64,000 nt of DNA. Origin: Phoronis australis (lineage: Eukaryota; Animalia; Phoronida). The notes beneath the pieces were generated by a model, which worked only from the letters and a program-made list of their open reading frames with translations, ran no database searches and had not been told where the DNA came from. This document shows positions 1-12,700 of the stretch, in pieces. Both the position numbers and the translations under genes were made by a program. The stretch covers positions 657,185-721,184 of the forward strand of contig NMRA01000031.1 of the NCBI GenBank assembly GCA_002633005.1, in the 5' to 3' direction. Position 1 is the stretch's first letter; every line of letters starts with the position of its first letter.

Positions 1-1326
1 CCTGGCTGGCCCATACTCCGGTCGTTACTATGATGCTTGACAACTGGCGAGACGCGACAAAATATGATCTAACTTTTCGAAAACATTTATTTTACACGGA
101 CATATTTTGCTTCGTCGGCGTATGGCACCGACCCAACGCTTCCGAATCTAAACGTCTTTAGAGATTGTGAAGCGTGTCCGTATTTTTTCTAGCCGTTCGG
201 GGAACAACACGGACTGAAACACAGACTCCTATGCCGATATAATAAGCTAACAGAGCTATCGTAGCGAGCCTCGTTTTGGAACGCGCCTCCTGTCGGCGTG
301 AATAGGGTCTATGGTCACTTTTTGGCGCTTTACTGGCGGTTTGAGTTATCCGAAAATTCTACATGACGTTTTTGCAAGCACTTATGTGGACAGATTTTGG
401 CCCCGTCTCAAACAGCTCGTTTTTCTGGCTAACAGTAACGAAAACGCTAACATGTTAGTCGGTGAAACTCCTAGCATTTTTGCCAATCAGGTGAACTGAG
501 TGTTGGAGACTTGCTGATACGACATGGGCGTCTGCTATTGTTGTTCGTGTAAGAAATTAACAACAAATATCGTTTGTGTTCCATAGGGGTGGTTACATAA
601 AATAGTTTCTGAATTTAATTGTCACTTTCTTTCCACACATGACCACAAAGCAACACTGCCTTTGAAACAAACCCACATCGTCTGATTCTGAATGATACTC
701 ATACGCACACATTGGTGTTCTACTCAATAGACTTAGGTACTCGCGGTAAATACATACTTCTACCGTGGGTACTGACAGAACGCTCAAAACTGTTATCGTC
801 CGTTTGCTGATTTCTCGCGGTGACGTAAAAAGGGCTACAAAGAAATGCTTTGACGTGTTTTCCTGCGTTGCTAAAGTGTTACTCGGATTACCTGCAAAGC
901 CAAATAGGCCTACATTCGGAATGACACAAATCCGCTCGAGACAGGCGAATTGTTGGTCAGTGTGTCTGTGATATGGGTCGCCGACTCCAGCCATTTTCAG
1001 GCTACTACAAACTAAAAGATTCCTAAATCCAACGTAATTGAGTTCCCTAACAACCTAGCTTGTCGTAGAATACTCGTCAATTGGAAGTGGTGGCAATTTT
1101 AGGAAACTAACGCAAAAACAACAGTAGAGCAGATCTTCACAGTAAACTCGACCGCGCTAGAAACAAAATGGCGGGAAATTCTCAACCCCCTAAACGTCAC
1201 TTTCGGAGTAGTACACGACTACTTAATAAAATTACGGGGAGACGTGATTAACTGAAACATGATGTCTGGGATAATTAACGATCCATGTTTTTACTGAAAT
1301 TGACATGAAAAAGGTTGCCTTCCCCT
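1..1326. mobile_element. Kolobok-type DNA transposon end; left boundary not seen
   Basis: Ends ...AGGTTGCCTTCCCCT followed by TTAA (1327-1330). About 200 bp (1125-1326) is inverted-homologous to 33355-33555, the end of the second Kolobok-type element. Confidence 0.6.
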
Positions 1327-2126
1327 TTAATGAAAGGTTGCTACCGAACTAAACTGCGTGCATAAATACATACATGCATGCATACAGGCATGCATACAAT
1401 AATACATACGTATCTAGTTTCATACATACATGCACGCGTACATCCACACAAACACTCTTCTTTGAACTATCGCCTATCTACTTGTCGGCTTGGGTACTTT
1501 TTGCTCAACGAAATTGGATAGTTTTGTACGAACCCTTGACATTCATCCTTCAGCTGCCATGTTGACACAAAACTTAACCGATTGTATAACCTATCCGTTT
1601 TAGTGCATATTTTGTTTTTCATGTAAATTCCATGAGCAATCAGGAGCTTATGGTCTGCGACTGAAGAAGTCGGCATTCTTCGTCCACGTTACAATTTTGA
1701 GATGCTTATTGAATTCTGGTATCAGGGCAACCAATTGAAAATCAAATAGTGAGGGAAAACAAAACATTGTGTTTTTCAACAGTTTTTACTAGGCAAGTAT
1801 CATTTTTATGAAGGACATTTTGGATTTTGAAAATAAATTCTTGATCTGGGAGATTTTGAAAGAATGACATAAGTTTTCAAACTGGATTAATTATGCTGCT
1901 TTAAAACGTGCAATAAAGGTGAAACCTACGTAATCTCTTTCCAGCTAAATAATTTACTCTTCTCTTTTCTGGAAACACGTTGCTTTCCAAATTTTTTCTC
2001 CCTCGGATTTGGATTACAGCTTGATTGATATTTACCGAGGACAACAAAGTCAAATTTAAGTTCTTCCACACAAACTCTTGTTGCTTTCTTATTTTAGACT
2101 TTTCAAATATTAGGATTTAGGGGGGC

Positions 2127-2236
2127 CCCTCCCGACCTCCTCCCATTCGGTGTTCTACGCAACTACAATCGTGCTTTCAGCAAATGTTTACAGACAAAAT
2201 GTTGAGCCCCCTTGTGATATCCTAGATCCGCCACTG
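2127..2236 (-). repeat. Dispersed repeat end (CAGTGGCGGATCTAGGATATC family, possibly hAT-like)
   Basis: Inverted homolog at 24981-25073. Confidence 0.65.
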
Positions 2237-2693
2237 TCCATAGAGAGGTTTATTCAGAAAGCGTTCTGAAGGAAATACGATTAGTTAGTGAGAACGCATA
2301 TGCATGTTGGGGAGCTTTTAATCGTTATGTTTGTGAAATGTGACTTTGTGAAACTTTAATGGTACGAGATTCAGAAACTCCTACTCTTCTTAACTGCACA
2401 ACACGATTTAATCTTAAATAAAATATTATATTGGAGACCTTTAAGTATCTGTCAATATTTCATTTACAAATGCTCTAGAGACCAGACGAACCCTAAATAC
2501 GCAGAGCCGGGTTTTAACTTTAATTATGCTGTTGGTGTTTAAAAGTACTACTTGACTTGTAAAATTACTGTATATTAAGAACGTAGAAAATATATCTGAA
2601 ACTAAATAAGGCGATCCAGATCCTCCCAAGGATACTATTGTTTCGTGAAATGAAGAATATAAATCGGTAAATAAAACAACAAGAATGGATCAA

Positions 2694-2744
2694 CTGAAAT
2701 TTGAAATTTTCGGAGGTAACAACTTCCTTTATCAACAAAAACAG
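2694..2744 (-). ncRNA. Putative minimal hammerhead motif in the PLE 3' region (sense to the element)
   Basis: Exact reverse complement of 3751-3801, about 100 nt downstream of the endonuclease stop, where PLE hammerheads usually sit. Confidence 0.5.
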
Positions 2745-2840
2745 AAATAAAGTAAAATCAAACACGAAATGACAATTGACATATAAGATATGGTGTAATG
2801 AAAATGATACATTTTTGCGTAAAAAATTCAATGACATATT

Positions 2841-3707
2841 TTAAGTTTTTATGTTCAATCCATGAGGTTCTATTGTATTCAGTTTGTCTATCCAATATTG
2901 TTCTCTTTTAAGTCTGTGAGGGGTACTGGGGTGTTGGAGTTTTTCTATTATTTGTACAGAAAGATCTTGAATATTATGGTTTTTGGAATTGAAATGATTA
3001 CCTACAGTATCAGAAATGTTTTTATGTATTATGTTAAATCTATGATTACGAAACCGAGTTTGTAGATTATGTTGAGTTTGTCCTACGTATTGGATAGAAC
3101 ATTTTTTACAAGTTATAAGGTAAATAATATTGTTGGTGGTGCAATCAGAATAATGTTTTATTTCAAAGTTTTCATTGGTTTGGGAAGACTGGAAAAAAGT
3201 GCTATCGTTGATGAAGTTACACATTTTACACCTAGTTTTGTTACATTGTGTGTTGCCAATAGGTTTGTCAGTTTGGTGTATATTGTCGATATTAGCTTTA
3301 ACTAAATAATTTTTTAGATTTTTACATTTTCTCCAAGAAATTATAGGGGGATGAGGAAATAGGTTTTTCATTTGAGGGGAAATATGCAGTGTAGAAAGAT
3401 GTTTTTTGAAGACGTGGCTAATTCCGTTTAAACATGGATTGAACATAGTTATGAAAGGTATTCTATTAGTAGTATTGCCTTTAGTTTTAGTTCTTAAAGA
3501 TTCATTTCGAGTAATTGAGCGGACTTTGTCAAACTGTTTGTGTATAAGATGTAAGGGGAAATGACGTTGAATTAGATAGTACTTGAGTTCTTTTAAACGG
3601 TTATTAAAGGAAGTTTCTTCTGAACAAATGCGTCGAATTCTTAGGGCAAGGCTATATGGAAGGCTTTTCTTGCAATGAAAGGGATGACACGAGTAATATG
3701 ACATATA
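2841..3707 (-). CDS. PLE polyprotein C-terminal fragment (RT thumb, Cys-rich linker, GIY-YIG endonuclease); 5'-truncated
   Basis: Open frame of about 290 codons. Motifs: SCHPFHCKKSLPYSLALRIRRICS (PLE thumb), CNKTRCKMC (Cx4CxxC linker as in Neptune-type PLEs), NIIYLITCKKC..YVGQT..RFRNH..HF..H..REQYWI..GLN (GIY-YIG with CCHH). The ORF-track start at 3719 lies inside the inverted segment and is not a real start. Confidence 0.92.
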   Translation of the reverse strand, partial: YMSYYSCHPFHCKKSLPYSLALRIRRICSEETSFNNRLKELKYYLIQRHFPLHLIHKQFDKVRSITRNESLRTKTKGNTTNRIPFITMFNPCLNGISHVFKKHLSTLHISPQMKNLFPHPPIISWRKCKNLKNYLVKANIDNIHQTDKPIGNTQCNKTRCKMCNFINDSTFFQSSQTNENFEIKHYSDCTTNNIIYLITCKKCSIQYVGQTQHNLQTRFRNHRFNIIHKNISDTVGNHFNSKNHNIQDLSVQIIEKLQHPSTPHRLKREQYWIDKLNTIEPHGLNIKT

Positions 3708-3750
3708 CTTATATGTCAATTGTCATTTCGTGTTTGATTTTACTTTATTT

Positions 3751-3801
3751 CTGTTTTTGTTGATAAAGGAAGTTGTTACCTCCGAAAATTTCAAATTTCA
3801 G
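3751..3801 (+). ncRNA. Putative minimal hammerhead ribozyme motif (U3-A8 variant) in the inverted PLE segment
   Basis: TTGATAA-a-GGA(agttgttacc)TCC-GAAA-ATT-TC: variant core, short stem II, near-palindromic minimal stem III. Stem I is imperfect. Confidence 0.5.
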
Positions 3802-6115
3802 TTGATCCATTCTTGTTGTTTTATTTACCGATTTGTATATTAAGAAAAATTCAACACGTCAAACTTTTTTGAGAAACCCCTTTTACTTATCAGCAACAAC
3901 CATGATGTTGTAAGTTAAATTATATGTGCGCGCGTGTGTGGTTGCGCGCGCGCGTGTGTATGCGTGTGTGCAAGTGTGTGTATGCATGATGTTTTGTCAT
4001 AAACACACATTATCCTTGATATATTTGCTTTATTTTTGTAGAAATTAAATATTAAAAAACAAAGGAAACATACCATCAAATGATATTCAGTAAAATGATT
4101 TCTAGAGACAACAAATGATGTATTGTATATTACCGTAGATAGAGGGAACCACCCGTGCCGTACGGTCGCTTAATCGGTTCCAGTATTTGGCGTCACCCAT
4201 ACAAAACGTTTGGCTACGCCAGTGGATGGACCGGTGTTTTAGGGGGGTAAGTCGCTATTTTTCGTTCTTGCATTTAAGGTTCAATGGTGTATTGGTAGTC
4301 TCACGTTAAAACCTTCTCGAAAAGACAAGATATATGACATATAGCTCTAGTCCTCAGTTTCGTCGTTTTGTTCAGCGAAGTCATTGTCATCATCACCGAC
4401 ATAAAACATCTTGGCATAATTATAATTCTGTTTAGAGACAATAAAAACCCTTGCACCCTCCTCATCAGCTGGAGAATATTGTCTTTCACTACCGCCACCT
4501 GCTTCTATCCCCAAATTCAGACATCTGTTTAATTAATATGCATATTATGCGATATTACACCGTTTCATGTTCCCCAAATATTTGAAGTCCCGTTTTTACT
4601 AACAAACTATCACTCATTAAACATTGTTCTTCGATGACTACTTTTATATCAAAAACAAGAGGAAATAATGTTTCGTCTCTCTTGGTACCAATCAGATATT
4701 AACCTCTTTTATTTCATTGACACGCCCTGTGTTCGTTTTTTCTTCTTCGCTCGGCAGTTTGCTTATCACCAATAGTTGGCTTCAGGTTCGGTAGCATTGA
4801 AAATTTTGATTCGTGATGAGGCTTTGGGGTCTGCTCCTCGACAAAAATATTGACTTTTGCTGTTTGACTTTAGCCAGAAGTCAGAAATCTGACTAAGTAT
4901 AGCCAAAAGTTTGTCTATTGCGTTTTTCGAAACATTTTGTTTTCTACCTAGTTGAACAGACTAAATATTTCTGTCTTTTGACTTCTAGTTGTAAACAGAT
5001 TATTTGATTTTCAATTCTGGCATGTTTACTTGAAACGGACTAAGCTATCCGTAGAATGATTTTTAGCAAAAGGTAAAAAGACAAAAGGCAATTGGCTCTT
5101 TTAGAAACATCTTGAGCTGATGATCCGCCTGGTGGGTGTGCAATCACAAAGTTCCGACTATAAGCGTATAAGCCAGCATAAGCATTTCAAAGTGAAAATT
5201 TAGAACACTTGGGGATGTCGTTTCGCTGAAGGTTGGAGTTAACCAGGTAGTTAAAACGGAAAGTTCAAAACAATGGTTGTAAAATACCTTCATTTTTGCT
5301 ATCATGTTGCCACAGACTTTCATGGAAAGTGTTTGTCTCCATGTGAATATACCTAACACAAATAGTTGATAAAAGACCGAAAATTTTATCCATTAAATAC
5401 ACATTGATTCAATACCAAATAAAACACATTTTTGTGACTTCGTTAGTTTTTGTAAAATATTTACATTGACCAAGATCTGGCTGTTGACAAAATACACGAA
5501 TTTATTTTTTGCTTTATTATTTATTTAAAATATTTGTTTATGGTGTGATATTTAAGGGCAATGTTTTAGCTTGTTCTGTGTATTACAGACATTGGGAAAC
5601 ACACACTATCAAATACTATTCTTCAATCTAAAACATAATTTTAGACAGTAGAAAACTGTCAGACGGAATATTTTCATCTGATATGTCATGCAGGTGTCAA
5701 GAAAGAGAAACGCACGCATGTCTTTTGTGTCGAAATGAAAAATGTGCTTGGTTCAGGCCCAGGGTGGGTCACCATTTTTTCAGATTTGTGGTGTGCCCAC
5801 AACTTTTGTGCTCTGCTTTTGATTTCTGGGTTGCATTGCGTAGACCGAAGACTCTCACGGATAAAGCTTGCACTGCAAAGCTATATATGTCACGAAGATT
5901 TGCGTGATCTTAACCAATAACGCAGCTAGTAATGAGTTATAGGTTATTAGCTGGCTGCACACAGAGAGAGGTCTACTTGAATAAAAAATACACCCGATGA
6001 AATTGAGAATTGAAATGCACCGCGTTTCATTTGTATATATCGTATTAAGCTGTCCTTAACAGTGTTTAGATCTCGTTACTTGAGTTTCTTCAACTCGCCG
6101 TGTGTTGTTAAGACT

Positions 6116-6384
6116 CAGGCCCTATTTCCGAAACACTCATTTGGCTAAAAAGTGTTTCGCACATAGGCGCGTTGGCCAACATTCACCATCGATTACCTTT
6201 TGTAATTGGGCATGTCGTGAACTGGATGTTTTTGAGTCTCTTTTATGAGCGTTTAGTATTTTTCACTTGATTAGACACACGTCAACTCAAATAACTTTGT
6301 AATAGTTCATCCAACATTCACTCGCGTGCTAGTTTAAAAACTTGCCAATAGGTTTGCTCAAGTGTTTCGCAAATACGGCGCGTG
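6116..6384. mobile_element. MITE with imperfect TIRs
   Basis: GGCCCTATTTCCGAAACACT at the left, AGTGTTTCGCAAATACGGCGC at the right, plus an internal inverted copy at about 6151-6170. Confidence 0.55.
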
Positions 6385-9300
6385 GGCTTTAACACTTCTT
6401 ACATTCGTGATTTCGTATTTCTCGATTAAAAATTTCTAATGGAATCAAATGAAAGTTTTATCTAAAAAAAAATCTTGCGGTCACGTTATTTTGAAAAGAT
6501 GGCTTATGTTTAGAAATTTATGAAGGGCAAAGTTTATTAAAGTATTGCATTCTTTCGCTTTAGTTACAGATGAGGGTTCCGACGTGAACATTAAATGACG
6601 TGGGATTTAAAACAAAAAATGACGATGAATTTGACGATGAAAATGGCATTGTAACGACTTATCTTTTGTGTAATTATTGACAGCACCACTATCACTTTGC
6701 ATGTCGTTCCTATACTGGGCACTTAATCACTTCTGACAGCTTGAGTCTACGAAAAATCAAACTTTCTGTAAAGTTTTGAAGTAAAGTCGTTGGTGAGCAA
6801 CTGAATCAGCCGCGCTTTAAGTATTCAAAAGAAAACACAATAATGTAAGCGTTTGAATCAAAAATTATCTTTTTAGGTTTCATTTCCAGATTGAAAACTT
6901 TTTCGTACGGAATCTGATCCAAAAATACACTTTCGTGAAGAAATCTCGTGGTGAAAAAGTCACCCTTCTTATGCAGCACACTCTGGTAATGACACGTGCG
7001 CATGTACCTCATCCCCCCAGGGTCCTTTTAACCAATATACGCATAAACTCATCTAGTGTTCATTATTACCCGAGTTGATTGCTAAGCCGGAGCCCGTCAA
7101 GCCGGCGACCATGCAAGCTCTGGTGATGTCACTGGCGCGAGGCCACTACTACAGTGTTTTGTATCTCCAACTTGTCTGTGTCGTAATTCTGACTTGACTT
7201 GAGTGGCGGATCTGTGATTTTATTGACAGGTGAATACTGACTATTCCTCATAAGCAAAAAAAAACGTGGAAGGCACTGGCGTTGCCACGGAGGTGGGGAG
7301 AGGGCACAAGGGGTCATGACCTCCTTGTTCATTGCTAAAAAGCCCTCCTGCCGCTCGCAACTCATTCAGGTTTGCGTTTGGCTTCCCCTATTCATTGCAA
7401 AGTAACACAGGGTGCCATTTATTTCGACCCCCGACCCCAGTTGATAACAATTTCACGACTGGCGTCCTCCGTTGAATGCTTTTGACTCTGCCTTCGAATG
7501 GTGGCTTACCTGTTTAAGGCTACTGTCATTATTGGACTATAGAAATTGTGGAATCCGTTCTCAGGACATTCCAAATCCTCCAGTGTTCTTCGTTACAAAA
7601 AAACGACAGCTAAAAGCGTTATTTTTGTAACCTTTGATGGGTCATTTATTGAAGGGTTTAACTCCGTGAGCACTGCCCATGTAGACCCGTCACTGAAAAA
7701 CACCAATCTTCGGCTTAATATTCTCTTATTCAAAGAAACGTGTTGCTTGTGAACGGGAAATCCGTGTTTGGTTATTCTACTTGAAAACAATTGCCTGTTT
7801 TAGAAATCATTGCACCTCGGAACCGAGTTGAAGGGAAATTGATAACAATTCAACAACACAACGTTGCCACGATGAAGTGAATCCTCTCATGTTTACATTG
7901 AGCAAAGGTGAAACATTACAAAAAGAGCGTCTGTTTGTTATATACGCGGGAATAATTTGATCATTAGATGTTCCAGATGACCCTCTCAACCGTGACACAA
8001 AAACTTACACACATATGTCTTAAACTACAAATGAAAACTGTCTTATTCTGAGAAAATAGAGCCAGACAGAACTCTGAAGGACAAGTGGTTGTACATGTAT
8101 CAACGTTGGTGGGGAAGGACTTCAATGCAATGGAAATGTGACTAATATTCAGGTCAGATGATATTGTATCTTTAAGTCAAACACAGTTTTTTATAAATAA
8201 CAAAAAAGTTTCTATATCTGGAGACTGTATTATAGAGATATGTAAAATGAAAAAATTTAATTGCAATAAAATGAACAATTTCAAACGAACAATTAAACGC
8301 ACACAAAAACAAAACGCTATAACGAAAAGGTTGTTTTTTAATTAAGATTTTAACTGGCTGTTATAAATGTAAATGGACACAATATTAATTAGAAAAATAT
8401 TCAAATTTAAGTTGACGACACGATGGGAACCGTGAACTAATATGAATCATGTTGATTTATAATGTACTTAGTAGACTCCCACAGGAAATGGTGTCAATAT
8501 CAATGGTTTAATCATGAACATCGGAGATATGGGCACGATCAATTTGATTAACAGGACATTTTAGAAAAATGATTTATACCGAGTCAAATTTATATATATT
8601 AGTCGAGTCTTGAACGTTATGTAAAGATTTCAGATAATTAAAGAAAAGACCAGCGCGCAGCACTATTTTTTGAGTTGATAGATTTATTTTGATATCAACT
8701 TTAAATTAGGGACATGCAGTATTACGGCCAAATGCTGTGTCACTTGGACTGTGATATCAGCTTAGATGATGTGAATAATCTGAGACACGAAGATTCTTAT
8801 TTAGAATAAAAAGTGATTAGAAACGGCAGTAATGTAGGGTAAAGGGCCCCAAGGGCGCACAGAATTTTAAGTATCTCAGAATCAGAGAGGGCGCTGTCGT
8901 ACTCCACGAAGTGGTTAATGTCTTTGACCGAAGCCTTTTTGGGGAATCCGGGATTTCTAATGAAAACGCAACAGATTTTTTGCTTTTTATAGCTCTCGTT
9001 AAAGTTAACATTTAACGTTAAAAAATCCGTCGTAAAACGGATTGGGTTCCTTTAATCAAATCAACATCAACTTTGATTGCATTGTATATTGAGAGAATAG
9101 CTTCATACAAAGAAACGTTTTGTTATTAAATTTAAGAGAATTTGATTGAAACCACTTCTCAGTACATACGTCGTATGCTCACCGGGTCATGGGGTACAAT
9201 TTACATTGTGTCCTGCATGTAGGCAGAAATGGCTGAGACACTGAAATAGTGGCTCTCAGTCATCGATATGGATTACAATATGTACCTGGATATTTATGAC

Positions 9301-9549
9301 AAACTACCCATAAGATCTTGTTTTTTCATCTTGCTTTTTTGCGCTGTTCTTTCTTCTTTTCATTCTTTGTGGCCTTCATCAAACACACATGTTTAACAAC
9401 GCATTACAAATTATCTTAGATGTACTAATAAACAACCCTGCCCATGTGGCACACACTGGGACACAACGCCACGTTCCTTACAATATCTTTTTTATCACTC
9501 CGGCCTGCTCACTCAGCTTGTCCGGAACCTGCTTTGCCAGGTTGTTATA

Positions 9550-9765
9550 ACCCAGTTGGCTGTTTGGTGTACCCACTTGGTACTTTATATGGTATTTACC
9601 CATTGGCAGTTTGTACCCATTTGGTACTTGTTATTGAATTAGCCGTTTTGCTCGACCCACTTTGTAGGCAATCGGCCAATACCCATTTGGTATTATGTAC
9701 CCATTTGGCACTATGCTAACCTGTGCCACTTAGTATCCCATACTCAATTACACATTAGGTATCAT
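9550..9765 (+). repeat. Degenerate minisatellite (TACCCATTTGG motif)
   Basis: At least 7 imperfect ACCCAnTTGG copies with irregular spacing. Confidence 0.6.
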
Positions 9766-12700
9766 AAGTGTGTGTGTCATCCTTGTAATTAAGGAACCCA
9801 TCTGGTTCCTTCTGTGAAATATTTATTTTTAGAGCTGTGACCCTGAAATTCCCAATACAACTTAAAACATATATTATTCTTGTTGTTTTATTTAACCCCA
9901 ATAAATGCATTTTCTGTTCTTTATTCCCAGTTAATGTTTTTTTGGGGCCGAGAGATCGCTCAGCCGCAGATTATACTCTCCGTGGTCTGACCACTGCAGT
10001 ATATGTGGGTAGGCACATGTGCCTACATACGAAATAGTGCGTTTTTTCAACATTTTTCTCAAACGTTTCGCATACAGGCGCACTGTATCTAAGCTTCAAA
10101 TTTAGGAGCAAGCGTAGACAATCTGTTGACGTTTTCTTAGACTTTTGTCTATCCTTGTTACAATTCAAGTAAGTTGTATATTCGTAAACATCCGCAATTT
10201 TCTAACGAGTAAATTAATCACATAATATTTCGTAAATGAACTTTTTGGCATTACTCACGTACTGGAGCACTCGGCTATTTCCAGACAAGCGCAGCTTGAT
10301 AGGTGGTATTTCACAATTTATTTTTATTCACTATCTATTACTTATAATTGTATTAGTCGTAATAAATAACCTTGTATCGCCTACTCCGGTCTCTTTTTCA
10401 TCTCTGGTAACGAGCTTGTGACGCACATATCATTTATATATTATTCAGGACATATGTCGAGGTATAAATCGAATGTCGCACATAAGGTAACTGTAATGTA
10501 TATTGACTGAGCCTGTGGTCGATCACGACGGTCCCGGATTGCACCGCGGCACTTGAATCTCACGATATTTACCCACAATGCTGAAACATTTGCCAAACAG
10601 TTTTCTGGACTTTCTGATGTTGTTGGTGTATTGTTTTTTATTTTTTCCTCGACTGTATTAGTGTATTCGACCTTTCGACGTCAGCGATGTTTTACTGCTG
10701 GGCTGTGGGCTGCAACTCCGACGCGAGAAAGTTGGATAAACCGTGACAAGTTTCCGAGGATGAGATATTTTCTGACATAATTCTTAGATCCAGTCCGACA
10801 TTTCAAAACGAGGCCAATTTAACAAGGCGTCTTCCTGCCTCAAGGCTAACGAGGATTTTCTATCTGGGACCGTCCTATTTTGTGGCCGGCTTAAAAAAAC
10901 AATGCCTTCTGAACAATCGACCGTAGAATTGATAGAACTGCTTCACAATGAACAGCGTAAGCTTCATTGGATTTTTATTGTGTGCTTTTGGTCATCGAAT
11001 TTCCTACAGTTTGGATTTTTCTGGAAACCATTGTTTTATTCGTTTTGTATTAAACACATACGATATCCTGACACTAATATCTTCATTCCTGCCAGTCACG
11101 GTAGACTTGTGCATTAACGTGTACGACAATAATTAAACAAAAACGAGCAACTTTATTGTTGACAATACACTTTGGCTCACCCATATGGTGTTTCGAAGGA
11201 AGTAGTCAACGGTTTGAAGCTGCAGAGAAAAGGTCATCGTAGTGAACTTGAGTGACTGAGTTTGTGCTAGGAAACTGAGATTCACTCATAGTTTAGTTGC
11301 CAAAAAGTTGACCCTATTTATGATTCTTTCGGATACATATAAAATTTTTCAAAGTGAAAAGCTTTTCCATATGTTGTTGCAGGTCTGTGCGCTTTCTTTG
11401 CCAGGATCAGGAATAAAAACACAGGTAAGCTATTTCTAATCCACAAAATCAGACAAACGGAAAACGAAGTTGCTTGACTCTGTTAAGTCCTCAGTCACCT
11501 TTTTTCTCTATTCTGAGAGTGCGTTTTATTTTGATTTGAGCTACTATGTTACCGAAATGCAATAGTTCGTTTGACCAGCGCCAGATTTCAAGCTAGTAAA
11601 TAAACTTAAGTGTACACGTAGTGCTGCGCACAAGGTAGGGGTCCCGTTCCGTAGCCACATGGACCACTCAACAAATGCAGCGACAGGTTAAACTGGCGGG
11701 AGGACTGTGGCGACCTGGAAGGGATGTGGTAGTTGGAGCCCCGTGGCGACCGGGGAGTGGCTATTGGTTGCATAAAAATGAAAAATTGTGTTGACTTTGT
11801 AGCTTTGGGGCCTCGGGAAATGTTAATCCGGTGCTGTAGTTGACGATTAACTGTTGCACTATTGAGACTGCAGCCAACGTGTGGAGCTTTAATGTTAATG
11901 AAAAGGAGCAGAATGTGACCACGTATTTGTAATGATGTTCGACATATGTCCCACAAAAATGTGTCATTAACAGTAGTAACACGTAACGCACACTGATTGT
12001 CTCTCATCTTTTAGAAACAAAAGCCCGGGGACGAGCTCAAATCGTACAGACCAACGTTAATTGATAACAAATCGATAGTTAGTTCTTGATTAGAACAGTT
12101 CATTATCCTATTTGCATGTCCTAGTAGCGAGTGCTCGGTCATCTAATCTGTAATTATTTATCGAATTACTGTCCATTACTGTACTAAGCTCGTTGACGTT
12201 GTCTGATCTTGGCCATTATCTCCTTACGGTTTGACGCGCGTTTGGTTCGTGTTCACCGAAACATCGTAGAAACACGTCTTTGTACAGGAACAGGTGATAG
12301 AAGAGAACTGTTGATGTATGATCGAGTACGCTTCAAGTTGACAAATGGCTATGTTGACATGCGGTAGTAACATGCTCGTGATATGGTTGGATGCAATTCC
12401 GTTGATTTTTAAAGAGCGGATCTTTGCTGAAGAAAGACACACAGCACAATACGACGCGTCGGTGGCCTCATTTCTAAAGAACTACGCGTTATATAGTTCA
12501 GTCGGCATAACTATTGATCAGTCAACATTTTCCGATGCTTCAAATCAAATATGTACGTTAATCTCTGGTCGATATATAAAAGCCTAGTTAAATTTCAAGA
12601 CGGTTAGTCTGTACTGTGATTTAATGACTTGAGGTCGCGTGCGGCTGTCATTTACATTTTGTTCGACTTAACTTGCGTAAGTGATTTACCGAGTTGGAAA

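Larger units (their letters stand above)
2582..3833 (-). mobile_element. Penelope-like retroelement (PLE), 5'-truncated with an inverted 5' segment
   Basis: Flanked by the identical 13-bp direct repeat TGTATATTAAGAA (2569-2581 and 3834-3846), read as a TSD. 2661-2787 and 3708-3834 are a 127-bp inverted repeat. Contains an RT-thumb plus GIY-YIG ORF. Confidence 0.93.

Noticed and set aside
2841-3707. Selenoprotein-type PLE (Naiad)
   Set aside because: No in-frame UGA in the retained ORF and no recognisable SECIS; the hammerhead-like motif and inverted terminal repeat fit canonical PLEs better.
10009-10026. Perfect 18-bp palindrome GTAGGCACATGTGCCTAC
   Set aside because: Isolated, within probable old repeat sequence; no supporting context.
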